DNA from: Octopus sinensis
Lineage: Eukaryota
DNA: 64,000 bases
NCBI RefSeq assembly: GCF_006345805.1
Contig: NC_042999.1
Span: 140,368,001-140,432,000, forward strand
Direction of reading: 5' to 3'
Shown here: piece after piece, positions 38,941 through 50,770 of the stretch
Layout of the letters: each line of letters opens with the position of its first letter
Position numbering within the stretch: the stretch's first letter is position 1
Made by a program: the position numbers and the translations under genes
The notes under the pieces: model-generated
Databases searched by the model: none
The model's input: only the letters and a program-made list of their open reading frames with translations
Told to the model about the DNA's origin: nothing

Positions 38941-39105
38941 TACGACGGGCTTCTTTCAGTTTCCGTCTACCAAATCCACTCACAAGGCTTTGGTTGGCCC
39001 GAGGCTATAGTAGAAGACACTTACCCAAGATGCCACGTAGTGGGACTGAACCTGGAACTATGTGGTTGGTAAGCAAGCTACTTACCACACAGCCACTCCT
39101 GCGCC
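38684..39105 (-). mobile_element. full-length SINE A with expanded internal (CA)/(TA) tract
   Basis: Close homolog of 24296-24695. Confidence 0.9.
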
Positions 39106-39289
39106 TATGTGTGATTTTTGGTAGCATGCAGGACAAATTGTGTGTGTGTGAAGTAGAAAATAGGTGTATGTTTAAAAACGTTGTTGTGTATGGTGTTGTG
39201 TTAAACAGTATGGTGTAGGTGTGGGAGGGGTTGTTAAGAGGACTGAAATGTAAAATGTAGATGGTGTATCAAGTGGGGAAAAGGTGGGA

Positions 39290-39870
39290 CTAAATGAAAA
39301 GAGGTTGGGAATTTAGACCATTGTGTTTAAAACCTGGAGAGAAAAAAATGAATTCTTTCTCCAGATGGAGACTATGGACCGAGGGGCCTCTGTGCAAGAC
39401 CAGTCTGAATGCAGACAGATGTTGAACAGGATGTCCAGTGGAGTGAAAGTGCCACAAAACCAGGGTGTCATTACTGAGTTTGATGTTCTTCAAGTGTTCA
39501 ACAAAATGGTCAACCACTTTGTTCTATGTAAGATGAGAGGCAAAAAGAGCAGAGTATGCAGTAAGTGAAAATACTGGAGGTACAAGTGAAGTGGTGGAGG
39601 GTATCAACAAAGACAGCGGTGCTAGAGAGGGATAGACAGTGCAACAACATGGATGGAAGCTAGGGAAGGAGCCTGGTTTAATGCCAGGAGTGGGGAAAGT
39701 GCTATGGACCAGTAAACTGCATAGGTTACTGGCACATTTGAAGAAAGGAAGGGGTGGATTGATGAAGATGTGGGAGGTGGTGCACTGATGTGTAATCAAC
39801 AGACTGAGCATGGGTGAGGGTGGCTTGGATTACAGTGGTGGTAGTGGGGATATCCTCAGTGGGTAAGTAG
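39290..39870 (-). mobile_element. Penelope-like element, degraded GIY-YIG endonuclease region
   Basis: DHFVEHLKNI..LWHFHSTGH..LEKEFIF..NGLN and FKCASNLCSLLVHS..PG match the pattern of PLE ORF ends. Confidence 0.65.
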
Positions 39871-39876
39871 TGGGCC

Positions 39877-39910
<34 letters not shown>

Positions 39911-39919
39911 ATATATATA

Positions 39920-41525
39920 ATATCATCACTTAACGTCCACTTTCCATTCTGGCATGGGTTGGAGGGTTTGCCTGCGGACTGGTGAACTAGAAGGCTGCAC
40001 CAGGCTCCAGTCTGAGAATGTAGTGGGTGCTTTTATGTGCCACGAGAATGAGGGCCAGTCAGGCAGTACTATCAATGACCACGCTCAAAAGATGTTTTTA
40101 TGTGCCACCTGCATGGGAGCCAGTCCGGCGGCACTGGCAATGACCATGCTAGAATGTTGCTTTTCATATGCCACCAGCACATGTGCTTGAATAGTGCTTT
40201 TTACATGCCACTGGCACAGGAGCCAGTCAGTGCCCTGGCAACGATCACACTCGAATGGTGCTTTTAATGTTCCACTGGCATAAGTGCCAATCAGGCGGTA
40301 CTGTCATCAGTCACGTCAGTGATTTTGATTTCACTTTCCTCAACAGGTCTTCGCAAGCAAAGTTTATTGTCTAATGAATGAAGGGTACTCATAAGTGGGC
40401 TGGTTATACACCACTGGCATAGGCCATGGGTTATGGTCTCACTTGGCTTGTTGGGTCTTCTCAAGCACAGCATATCTATAAAGGTCTTGGTCACTAGTCA
40501 TTGCCTTGGTGAGGCCCAATGTTTGAAGGCTGTGCTTCAGCACCTCATCCCAGGTCTTCATGGGTCTACCTCTTCCACAGATTCCTTCAACTACTAGGGT
40601 GTGACACTCTTTCACACAGCTGTCCTCATCCATTTGCAACACATGACCATACCAGTGCAGTCGTCTCTCTTGCACACCACATCTGATGCTTCTTAAGTCC
40701 AACTTTTCTCTCAGGATGCTTACACTCTGTTGTGTATGCACACTGACATTACACATCCAGCAGAGCATACTGGCTTCAATCCTCGCAAGCTTATGCATGT
40801 CCTCAGCAGTCACAGCCCATTTTTGACTGCCATGTAGCATGGCTGTTCGTACACATGCATCATACAGTCTACCTTTTATTCTGAGCGAGAGTCCCTTTGT
40901 CACTAGCAGAGGTAGGAGCTCTCTGAACTTTGCCCAGACTATTCTTATTCTAGCAGCTACACTTTCAGAGCATCTACCCCACTACTGACTTGGTCACCTA
41001 GATAACAGAAGCTATCAACTATTCTAGTTTTTCTCCCTGGTATGTGACAGAAGCTGTTCTCTGCACATTTTCAGTGTTTATTGCTTCTCAGCATTTGCCA
41101 CATACAAAATCTATCTTCCCAGTTAGCCTCTCTTTGATATTGCTGCACCTCTTATGTGTCCATAGCTTACACTGGGTACATCTTATGGAGTTTCTACCTA
41201 TGCCTTTTCTACAGATTGAGCAGGGCCATCTACCTGAAGGGATTTGTAGTTTGTCGGCCTTCCTACTTATTAAGATTTTGGTTTTAGCTAGGTTGACTCT
41301 AAGGTCCTTTGATTCTAATCCTTGCTTCCACACCTGAAACTTTTCCTCTAGTTCTGGTAGTGACTCAGCAATTAGAGCAAGGTCGTCAGCATAGAGGAGT
41401 TCCTGTCTTGAATTCCTGTTATTTGCCTGGAGGACTACGGTGAATAAAAGGGGGCTGAGTACTGATCTGTGGTAGACCCCTACACCTACCCAGAATTCTT
41501 CATTGTACTCATTACCAGCCCTCAC
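39920..41525 (-). mobile_element. RTE LINE pieces (3' end 39920-40960; RT/PHD piece 41040-41525)
   Basis: ORF 40439..40903 is an RTE C-terminus; ORF 41088..41525 has LLYADDLALI and the C4HC3 finger. Confidence 0.88.
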
Positions 41526-41529
41526 CTAA

Positions 41530-43830
41530 TCATCATCATTGATTAACATCCATTTTTATCATCATCATTGATTAACATCCATTGATTAACATCCGTTCCA
41601 TGCTAGCATGGGTTGGATGGTTTGACCAGGGTATGGGAAGCCAGGAGGCTGTGCCAGGCTCCAGTCTGATCTGGCAGTGTTTCTATGGCTGGATGCCCTT
41701 CCTAACACCAACCACTCTGTGAGTGTAGCAGATGCCTTTTACATGCCACTGGCACAGGGGCCAGAGGATGCTAGAAAATGGCCATGATTGGTTGGTACTT
41801 TTTACATGTCACCGACATGGACGCCAGTCAGGTAGCGCTGGCATCAACAACTTTCGGATGGTGCTTTTTATGTGCCACCAGCACAGGTATCATAACTACA
41901 ATTTCCATTTGATTTTTATTTTGATGTTGATATACTTGACTCAACAGGTCTCCTCAAGCACAGCAGGTCACCCTACGATCCAAGGTTAGTGCAGCAGGCT
42001 GTCCTGCGAGCCATGAGCTCACTTCATTTGTTGGGTCTTCGCAGTCACAGCATATCTCCAGAGTCTTTCGTCATAGCCTCTGTGTACGAAGGTCATGCTT
42101 GACCACCTCATCCCATGTCTTCCTGGGTCTACCTCTACTCTGGATTCTTTCAACAGTTTGGGAGTGGCACTTCTTCACACATCTCTCCTCATCCATCCGT
42201 AGTACATGACCATACGAACGCAAATGTCTCTCCTGCATGCCACATCCGATGCTTCTTATGTCCAACATTTCTCTCAGGGTGCTTACACTCAGTCGTGCAT
42301 GGACACTGACATTACACATCCAGTGGATCATGCTAGCTTCATTTCTTTCGAGCCAACGCATGTCCTCCGCAGTCACAGCCCATGTTTCACTGCCATGAAG
42401 CATGGCAGTTCGCACACATGTGTCGTACAATCTACCTTTCACTCTGAGCAAGAGACCCTTTGTCACCAGTAGGGGAAGAAGCTTTCTAAACTTTGCCTAA
42501 GCTATTCTTATTCTAGTGGTGACACTCTCTGAGCATCCACCTCTACTACTAACTTGGTCACTATCAATTACTTCTAGTTTCTCCCACTGGAGTGTAATGG
42601 AATCTGTTTTCTGAGTGTCTGTGGTGTCTATTGCCCCTGTGCATCTGCCGCACATGAAAGCTATCTTCTCGGTTAATTTTCCTTTGATGTTGCTGCACCT
42701 CTTATGTGTCCATAGCTTACACTGGGTACATCTTATGGAGTTTCTACCTACACCTTTTCTACAGATCAAGCAGGGCCACCTACCTAAGGTGGGGTGTGAT
42801 GAGTTCACCTTCCTACATACTAGAACTTTGGTCTTTACTACATTGACTCTAAGGCCTTTTGATTCTAAACCTAGCTTCCACACACGAAATTTCTTTTCTA
42901 GTTCTGGTAGTGATTCTGCTATAAGGGCCAGGTCATCAGCATAGAGTAGCTCCCAGGGGCATCCAATCTTGAATTCCTCTATTATTGCCTGGAGGACTGT
43001 GATGAATAAAAGGGGACTAAGGGTTGAACCTTGGTGGACACCTACTTCTACCCAGAATTCTTCACTATTCATTGCCAATCCTAACCTTACTAACAGCCTC
43101 TCTGTAAAGGGCCTGTGATGCCCTTATTAACCATTTGTCAATCTCTAGTTTCCGCATCACCCACCAGATAAGGGATCGGGGGACCCTGTCAAAGGCGTTC
43201 TCCAAGTCCACAAAAGCTAAGTATAGGGGTTTATCTTTAACTAGGTATTTCTCCTGTAGTTGTCGAACCAGGAATATGGCATCAGTGGTGCTTCTTGCCG
43301 GTACAAAACTGAACTGCATCTCATCTAAGCAGACTCTCACCCTGATGAGATGGGCTATGACCCTCTCCGTGACCTTCATCACCTGATCCAGCAGTTTGAT
43401 ACACCTGTAGTTATTTCTATCTAGAGCATCCCTTGTATCCTTGTAGCAGTTGACTATGGTGCTGCTACGTCAGTCGTTGGGTATGACTCCATCATGAACT
43501 ATCTGGTTTACAATGCGGATGACTAAGCCATAGCCCACACCACCAGATGTTTTAAGCATCTCAGCAGTGATTCCTGATGGGCCGGGGGATTTTCCTGGCT
43601 TCATACCCTTAATTGCTTTATCTACTAGGGAGCTGTCTATATGGATAGCTGGTTCTTCATCTGGGTCAACATTTGGCAAGCTCTCCTCCTCCCATTCACT
43701 CTCCACATTCAGCAGTCTTTCATAATGGCTTCTCCAAGCCTCTTACTTTTCAGAATCATTAAAAGCAAGTGCACCATCATCCATTTGGACACATTTCTCT
43801 CACACACTGTCTTGCAATCCAAAATACCTC
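41530..43830 (-). mobile_element. longest RTE LINE copy (RT domain to 3' tail), frameshifted
   Basis: ORFs 43470..43706 (KSPGPSGITAEMLK), 43065..43382 (YLAFVDLENAFDRV), 42497..43078 (GVHQGSTLSP, YADD) and 42071..42466. Confidence 0.92.
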
Positions 43831-43842
43831 AGTTCTTTGGTT

Positions 43843-43886
<44 letters not shown>

Positions 43887-44049
43887 GTTATCGCCATACT
43901 AATATGGCATTCTTATAAAAATAAGAATAAAGCTGTCCGCTTATTAGCTCCATGAGGCCATTGCCTTAAGTTAGCTATTTGATACACAAACTGTATCCAT
44001 ATAACCTTCGAACAAGGGAGGTCAGTCGCCCCACACTACTTGACCGGCA

Positions 44050-44091
44050 GCTACAGACGCGTTTCGGGGTATTGCCCCTTTTCAATGCAGC
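44050..44091 (-). ncRNA. putative minimal hammerhead ribozyme (Penelope/retrozyme type, U3-A8 variant)
   Basis: Minus strand: GCUGCA-UUGAAAA-GGGG(CAAUA)CCCC-GAAA-C(GC)G-UC-UGUAGC. Stems I, II and III and the GUC cleavage triplet are all in register. Confidence 0.7.
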
Positions 44092-44167
44092 GTAGCCAGA
44101 CCAGTAGGTGTCGCTTCTGACAATCTCTGTTCGAAGGTTTTATTTACCTAGCTACTGGTCTGGCTAC

Positions 44168-44209
44168 GCTGCATTGAAAAGGGGCAATACCCTGAAATGC
44201 ATCTGTAGC
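44168..44209 (+). ncRNA. putative minimal hammerhead ribozyme, second copy
   Basis: GCUGCA-UUGAAAA-GGGG(CAAUA)CCCU-GAAA-U(GC)A-UC-UGUAGC; stem III is still paired (U-A). The innermost stem II pair is G-U instead of G-C. Confidence 0.6.
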
Positions 44210-44458
44210 TGCCGGTCAAGTAGTGTGGAGCGACTGACCTCCCTTGTTCGAAGGTTATATGGATACAGTTTGTGTATCAAATAGCTAACTTAAGGCGATG
44301 GCCTCATGGAGCTAATAAGCGGACAGCTTTATTCTTATTTTTATAAGAATGCCATATTAGTATGGCGATAACTATTATTTTCCGGAAACGCTGCCGTTGT
44401 TCTCTTTTAGAGAGATTAGTAATTTTAATATTTCTATTATATATATATACATGTATAT

Positions 44459-44632
44459 ATAAGCAGAAAATGGAGAAAACTTTTGATCAACAAACAAACA
44501 AATTGACCAACATCGGTTGCTTATTTTTTAATACAAATCATGTTATGTCATGTTTTGTATTAAAAAATAATCAACTGATGTTGGTCAATTTGTTTGTTTG
44601 TTGATCAAAAGTCTTCTCCATTTTCTGCTTAT
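44459..44632. repeat. near-perfect hairpin (about 84-bp arms, 6-nt loop)
   Basis: taagcagaaaatggagaa..catg / catg..ttctccattttctgctta; 4 mismatches. Confidence 0.92.
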
Positions 44633-45047
44633 TTAAATTTGATTCCTGATAAACTTTTGTTTATTCTGTTGTTACCTGTATCCTATAAGCATAGTGTGCT
44701 TGCATGCCCATGCCCAGGGATAGCATAGGTAAATGATACCAATAGTAAGAACGGATACTATTATCCCTTAGACAGTCATTCCAACTGCTAACTCTGCTTA
44801 CCTTTTGTGCATATATATATATATATATACATACATACATATATATGTAACAGTAGAAGTATATTTTGTAATGGTTGAGATTAATTTGTAAACAATAATA
44901 TGGAATGTCGAAGTCATCACCAGTTTGTAAAAATTGGTTCTTTGTTGATTTCCATTATGTAAAGATGAAAGAACTGTGATTGAAGTTATAAAGAAAATAT
45001 TTATTTACCGTTACATTGTATATATCCAAAACCATGATGGGTTGGTA

Positions 45048-47708
45048 TGTATAAGTAGTAAAGGGAAAAAAAATGCGAGGTAAAATAGTTAATTTTGGCT
45101 ATCTAGGATCGAATCCACGCCATGCCTGCAAGATCCACTACATCACTCCCCTCCCCAGTGAGGTTCTGAGTAAAGGAAATGAACGATTGAAGCTGAGAAA
45201 GAAATGTATGTGGAATACCTTGAACTGTGCAGGAGCAAAAGTGTGGCATGCTAGCGCATTAAGGGGCAAACTACTTTCACTATGTACGCATGACCAACCT
45301 AGGATCTTACAGAGACGAATTGTGTCTACAAGGGTGCAGGGAGTATGAAAGACAAGCGAGAAAGGCATCTGTGAGGCATGAATGTGACAGAGTTAGCATG
45401 TGTGTGCAACAATGTGTGCGGATGCATGTGCAAGCCAGGTGCTGAGTAAAGGTACATGTGTGTGTGTATATGCAACAATACATTTTCAAAGTGAACAAGA
45501 AAAAGAACATATACATGTAAAATACAACATGCGACTGAAAGAAAGTGGAAGTGCAAAATATGAATAAAATTGAGAAGGCATGCAAACAAAAATTCAGGTT
45601 ATGAATAAATGTTCAGTTCATTTGAATCTGATAGAATGCAAGCAGAACCAATTTTAATTTAATATAACAAACAGGAAATTGAATTAATGCAATGTAAGTG
45701 TTACAGATATGGTCCTTGTGAAGTTCAGTGGAAAGAAAAATATAAATAAATAAATAAGTCTTGTAGGTGTTCATGTAGAAATTAAGGCATTGGTGCCTGT
45801 AAATCACTCACCTGGAATTTTTTTGAAATAGAAAACTTGTACATGTTTTGCTGGGCAGCGAACTCTTTGCCCGCTTCTTGTTCAAGTTTGCTGTGAAGAC
45901 GTTGAGGTACTTGTGGGAGGTTTTGATGAGATTGCATTGGTCTGGTGCGGAGTTGACGATGATGATGAGGAATTGGGTTTGACAATAGCTTGCTTTTATG
46001 TCAATCGATACTAATAGTATTTCACTTGCCATTCATGTCGACAATGAAGTATTTCTCTCTTCTTTGTAGTATTCTGTAGGGTCCAGAATATGGTGGACGG
46101 ATTTGTGATTGCATTCCATCATTCCAGATAAAAACGTACATCCATTGGTTAATGTTCGAGGAGACAGGTGTCAGTTTTCTGTGAATGGGGTGTGTTAGGT
46201 GAGAGATGGGTCATATGTGCACGGAGACGATGTACATATGTTGTGGGATCAGGAATATCCCTTGGAGGAACTGGAGCAATCATTTGCCCAGGCAGGGCCA
46301 GTGTGGTGCTGTAAGCTAACTCAGCCAGTGAGTGACCGATGTCGTCCTTTATGGATACACGGATACCGAGTAGAATTAAAGGAAGGAATTTCATCCAATT
46401 GATTAGGTCTGGACATGCATGTATGGCTGATTTCAGCTGCCTGTGGAATCTCTCTATCATGCCATTTGCCACTGTTGTGCAGCAGTGTTTGGAACTGATC
46501 AGGCATGTGAGTTCGCTGAAAAGGTGCGAATCGAATTGCCATCCTCTGTCTGTTGTGATGGTTTTGGGGACACCAAAAAGCGATACCCAGTGTGATATCA
46601 GCACTTTAGCGACGGTTTCACCTGAAGTATCAGACAGAGGGAAAGCTTCGGGCCATTGAGAAAAGTGGTCGATGCAGGTCAACAGATGTGTATATTTGTG
46701 GAATGGTGGTAGAGGTCCGACTATATCTATGTGGACATGTTGAAAACATGCGTCTGGTGTCGTGAAAGTGCCAAGAGGTGATTTTACATGTTGTATTTTC
46801 ACCTTTTGACAGGCAACGCAACTATTAACCTAAGTGTGGATGTCCTTGTTAATGTTCGTCCACACAAAACGAGTTGTTATCATCTTCTGTGTGGAACAAA
46901 TGCTGGGGTGTGATAGGCAGTGAAAATACGTCGTCGGTATTGTGCAGGGATGTAAGGGCATTCATGACCAGTGGAGGTATCACACCATATCTAACAGGTA
47001 GAAGATAATGAGAACAGAGGGCCGGATCAAAAGACCAGAAGAATGGCAGTTTTATTGAAATTGTGGCCTGAGGCAGTGCCATGTCCATGGAAGAAGAGGA
47101 TGCAAGAGCCTCTTGCTCTGGAAAGTGCATAAATATATGTAAGTAGTAAATGGAAAAGCATGTGAGGTAAAAAAGTTAATTTTGGCCAGTATGTGTGTAC
47201 ATGTTCTCATAGTAGTAATCCAAAGATATAGGTAGATTGATGTTGTAAGAGAAAAGAAATTGAGCTTCTGAAAGTTATAGAGTTGAGGGAAGTTGTGTCT
47301 CATAGTTGGCTGATTATAATTTAGGTTCTCCCTCTGACCATTTGTCTTTAGTAGCTGCCTGCTAGTGGTCATAACTAGTTGTTCATTCACTAACTGATGG
47401 TCACTCTCACTAACTGACTTTTGCTTGGGGTTCTTGCTTTTATAACTATCCAGAAGGATAGACATATTGTTGAGAACAATAGATTTCGTTGGAGGTCTGT
47501 GATATCTCTATTCTAGCTATTGGTGAAATAGAAGAGGTTAGAAGGGTCAAGTGGTGAAAATATTATTTTGCTTAGCTATGGCATCTGGCAAATGTAACTA
47601 CTGTCACAGAAAAACTATTGTTTTACTGTGAGGAAAGTACTGTTGAATTGTTAATTTAAATTTGGCTATCTAGGATTGAATATCTACCATGCCTGAAAGA
47701 TCCACTAA
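45048..47708 (-). mobile_element. internally deleted Gypsy LTR retrotransposon (gag start + integrase; no PR/RT/RNaseH seen)
   Basis: LTR-like ends at 47148-47708 and 45048-45142; PPT GGGGAGGGGAGTGA just before the 3' LTR; gag-like SIKLPFFWSFDPAL near 47060. Confidence 0.8.
46000..46825 (-). pseudogene. Gypsy integrase
   Basis: CVACQK, HIDIVGPLP, TTDRG and MIERFHRQLK (DDE), plus downstream GPY/F motif PPYSGPYRIL. Confidence 0.9.
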
Positions 47709-47711
47709 ATA

Positions 47712-48560
47712 TATATCATCATCATCATCATCAACAACATCGTTTAACATCCACTTTCCATGCTGGCATGGGTTGGACGATTTGACTGGTGAACCAGATA
47801 GCTACATGAGGCTACAATCTGATCTGGTAGAGTTTCTACAGCTGGATAAAAGAGCCTGGTTTTCAGGATATCTTGGCTGTTTCTTAAAATAATTTTGCAG
47901 ACTCCCTAAATAGACATTTACTCAAAGATGTGAAATCAAGGAAAAATATGGAAATTTGACAGATTTTTATCAAAATTTAAGAGCATATATTAACATAATG
48001 ATAGAGTTCTCTCCTGATTAAGTAAAAGTATATCTTTTCCTTTTGTGGATGTCTCATAATCCATAGAATCACAGGGTGGGGCAATGGGTTTAGGATATAA
48101 TTTCTGTTGTGATGGATGGGCCCTCTTGAGCACAGTAAATTGCCAGTTGTTTCAGTCTTTTGTCAGCCTTCACTATTTTGTCTCATGTCTTCCTGGGTTT
48201 CCTTCTACAAGTTCCATCAGCTTTAAGCAATTGGCACTTCTATATACAGCTCTCATCATCCATATGCATTACATGACCAATCCAGTGTAGTTTTCTCTCT
48301 TGCACACTACATCTGACTCCTCTTATGTCTAATTTTTCTCTCAGTACATTAACACTTTGTCATACATGCACACTTACATTGCACAACCAAAAGAGCATAC
48401 TAGCTTCATTCCTCTCTAGTCTTTGCATGTCCTCTGCATTCAGGACCCACATCTCACTACAATGCAACATTCTTATTCATACAAAAGCATCTTAAAATCT
48501 TCTTTTCACTCAGTGAGAGAACCCTTTTGTTGCCAACAGAAGTAAGAGTTCACTGAATAT
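47712..48560 (-). mobile_element. RTE tail (47712-47860) and degraded RTE C-terminal fragment (48060-48560)
   Basis: Homology to the other RTE copies. Confidence 0.7.
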
Positions 48561-48779
48561 TGGGGAATTCTTGTAAGCACTTTCATCAAGTTTCAAACTA
48601 TCAAGTGGTTAGAATATTATATTTCCTAGATATGATGTTACCATACCCTAGTTGCAAATTCTGGAAAGGTGCTGTTGCTATACACACGAATATCCTAAAC
48701 CAATCCTAAAACACTTCTGATAGATTGACAATAACACACTGACCAGAACATTATAACTTCTGGATAAAAAGTATGCTGA

Positions 48780-48960
48780 CTTCTTTCTCTGTCTGTTCTG
48801 TATGACATTCACCTATCCAAATAAACTAGAGTATCATAGTGAAAGCCAGCAGATATAAGGGATGAGGCAGCAGATGCATGCTTTGTATTACAGAGAAATG
48901 AAACATAACTTCAACAATGAACATTTTGAACATCAAGAAGGAAACTTCTTCCCTTGCATG
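48780..48960 (+). mobile_element. Penelope-like GIY-YIG C-terminal remnant
   Basis: SIIVKASRYKG*GSRCMLCITEK matches the PLE pattern WSI..KA..Y..GS.RC.LC..EK. Confidence 0.5.
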
Positions 48961-49809
48961 TACAAACAACAATTTAAGTTATGAAATAATTTCAAGCATG
49001 ATCCCCTATTCACCACCTCTATCCAACCAGAATAAGATCCAATGATATTATTGATTATAAAGTATCAATATGCATAATAAACATATGTTCATAGGAACTC
49101 ATGCTGTAATTCTAGACTGCACATATATGTATAACATATACATAACACAGATACAAGACATTATACAATTTGCAAAATATATTTTATGCCCTTACAATTT
49201 CATGGACTAATATACATTCACACCTGAGTAAAGCCTACAAATGATTAGATGCACATGCAAATACATCTACAAAATGCAGGCATGAATCACATGTTGTATA
49301 TGTTAGTATACATTTATATACACAGGTATATATAAATATTCTTGTTAATGCAATTAATCTGATTTGAACATAAATACTTGCAAAATGACCCCAAGGCCAA
49401 TGCAAGTACCAAAGTGAGTTGTCTCCACTTATCTAATAACAAAAAAGAAAGAAAGCAACAAACAAACAAAAAAATTCCGAAGTCTTGTATAATTTTTTGT
49501 AATCTCATGTTGTCATACCCAGCATGGACATGGTTACCAATATTCACAAGTGGTGTGCTCGAAAAATGTGACCTTTCTGTATGAAACTAATTGTAGCACT
49601 GTTAATTCACAAATAAAGAACACACATACATACATGATGAGCTTCATTCAGTTTCTCTTTACCAAGTCCACATACAAGTCAGCCTGGAGCTATTGTAGAA
49701 GACATCTACCCAAGGTTGGGACTGAACCTAAGATTACATAATTCAGAGGAAAACTTCTTCACCAAACAGTCATGCCCGCACCTGTATATATTACAAGGTT
49801 TAGGTACAT

Positions 49810-50180
49810 TGATACAACATTCAGTAAATGCAAACTTCTCACACGAAATAATTGGTAACTCTTAATCTACAAAGAATGTTTATTGATCAAATGCAGTATT
49901 GAGCACTTGTTCTCATTTAATATGTTAGTATATGTGAAAGCAATTTTAAAAAATATATGCACCAATCTTCTTTGTGACTTGTAAATAAGAAGAAAGTCAT
50001 GAAATTAGATATTTAGGATCTGAAGGCCAACTACATACCACACACCATTAAGTGGAGCATTGTAGAACAATCCATGCCATATGTTAAAGAATCAAAAAGA
50101 TGCCAGCTTAACTGAAAGATCTCACATTCATCTTTTATTTTTTAGATTTAAGAATTCTACTGACCTAATATTTCCAGAAC
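49810..50180 (+). mobile_element. Penelope-like GIY-YIG remnant
   Basis: YVSICESNFKKY and HTIKWSIVEQSMPYVKESKRCQL. Confidence 0.55.
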
Positions 50181-50599
50181 TGAAATTTTTTATTAAATGT
50201 GTTTGGACAAATTACTGAAATGGAAAACACCATCCTCTTCTAATTTAGTATGTAACCTCATAAACTTTGACCCATCTTCCCATTGTATTAACTTATCCTG
50301 AGTCAAATGGACCAAAGGGATGCAACTCTTAACTATCTATTATATTTTTACATTACACTTCTTTTCACTTTTTTTTTTTAGCTTCTTGTTCTTTCTTATG
50401 TTTTCTCAAAAACCAGCAACCTTTTTCAAAGACTAGTATTGTTTCTCATTTTTTCAAAAAAAGACCAGTTATGTTGTGTATTTGAGTCTGAAAGATTGTT
50501 TGGAAATACATGACTTGTTATTCAAGCTTGTCTGGAAATCATGTTTTTACAGCATGAAAATGACAGTAGCTTGAGTTAAAATTCTTTATATTCTTTTCT

Positions 50600-50770
50600 A
50601 CTCTAGGCACAAGGCCCGAAATTTTGCAGGAGGGGACCAGTCGATTAGATCGACCCCAGTAAGCAATTGGTACTTAATTTATCGACCCTGAAAGGATGAA
50701 AGGCAAAGTTGAACTCAGAATGTAAAGACAGATGAAATACCGCTAAGCATTTTGCCTGGTGTGCTAACAT
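50600..50770 (-). mobile_element. SINE B copy
   Basis: ctaggcacaaggcccgaaatt..atcgaccctgaaaggatgaaaggcaaagttgaactc. Confidence 0.8.

Larger units (their letters stand above)
43881..44378. repeat. foldback element: 227-bp inverted arms (43881-44107 / 44152-44378) around a 44-bp spacer
   Basis: By-eye alignment gives 5 mismatches, all transitions, 4 of them at CpG. Abuts (TA)n on the left. Confidence 0.95.
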
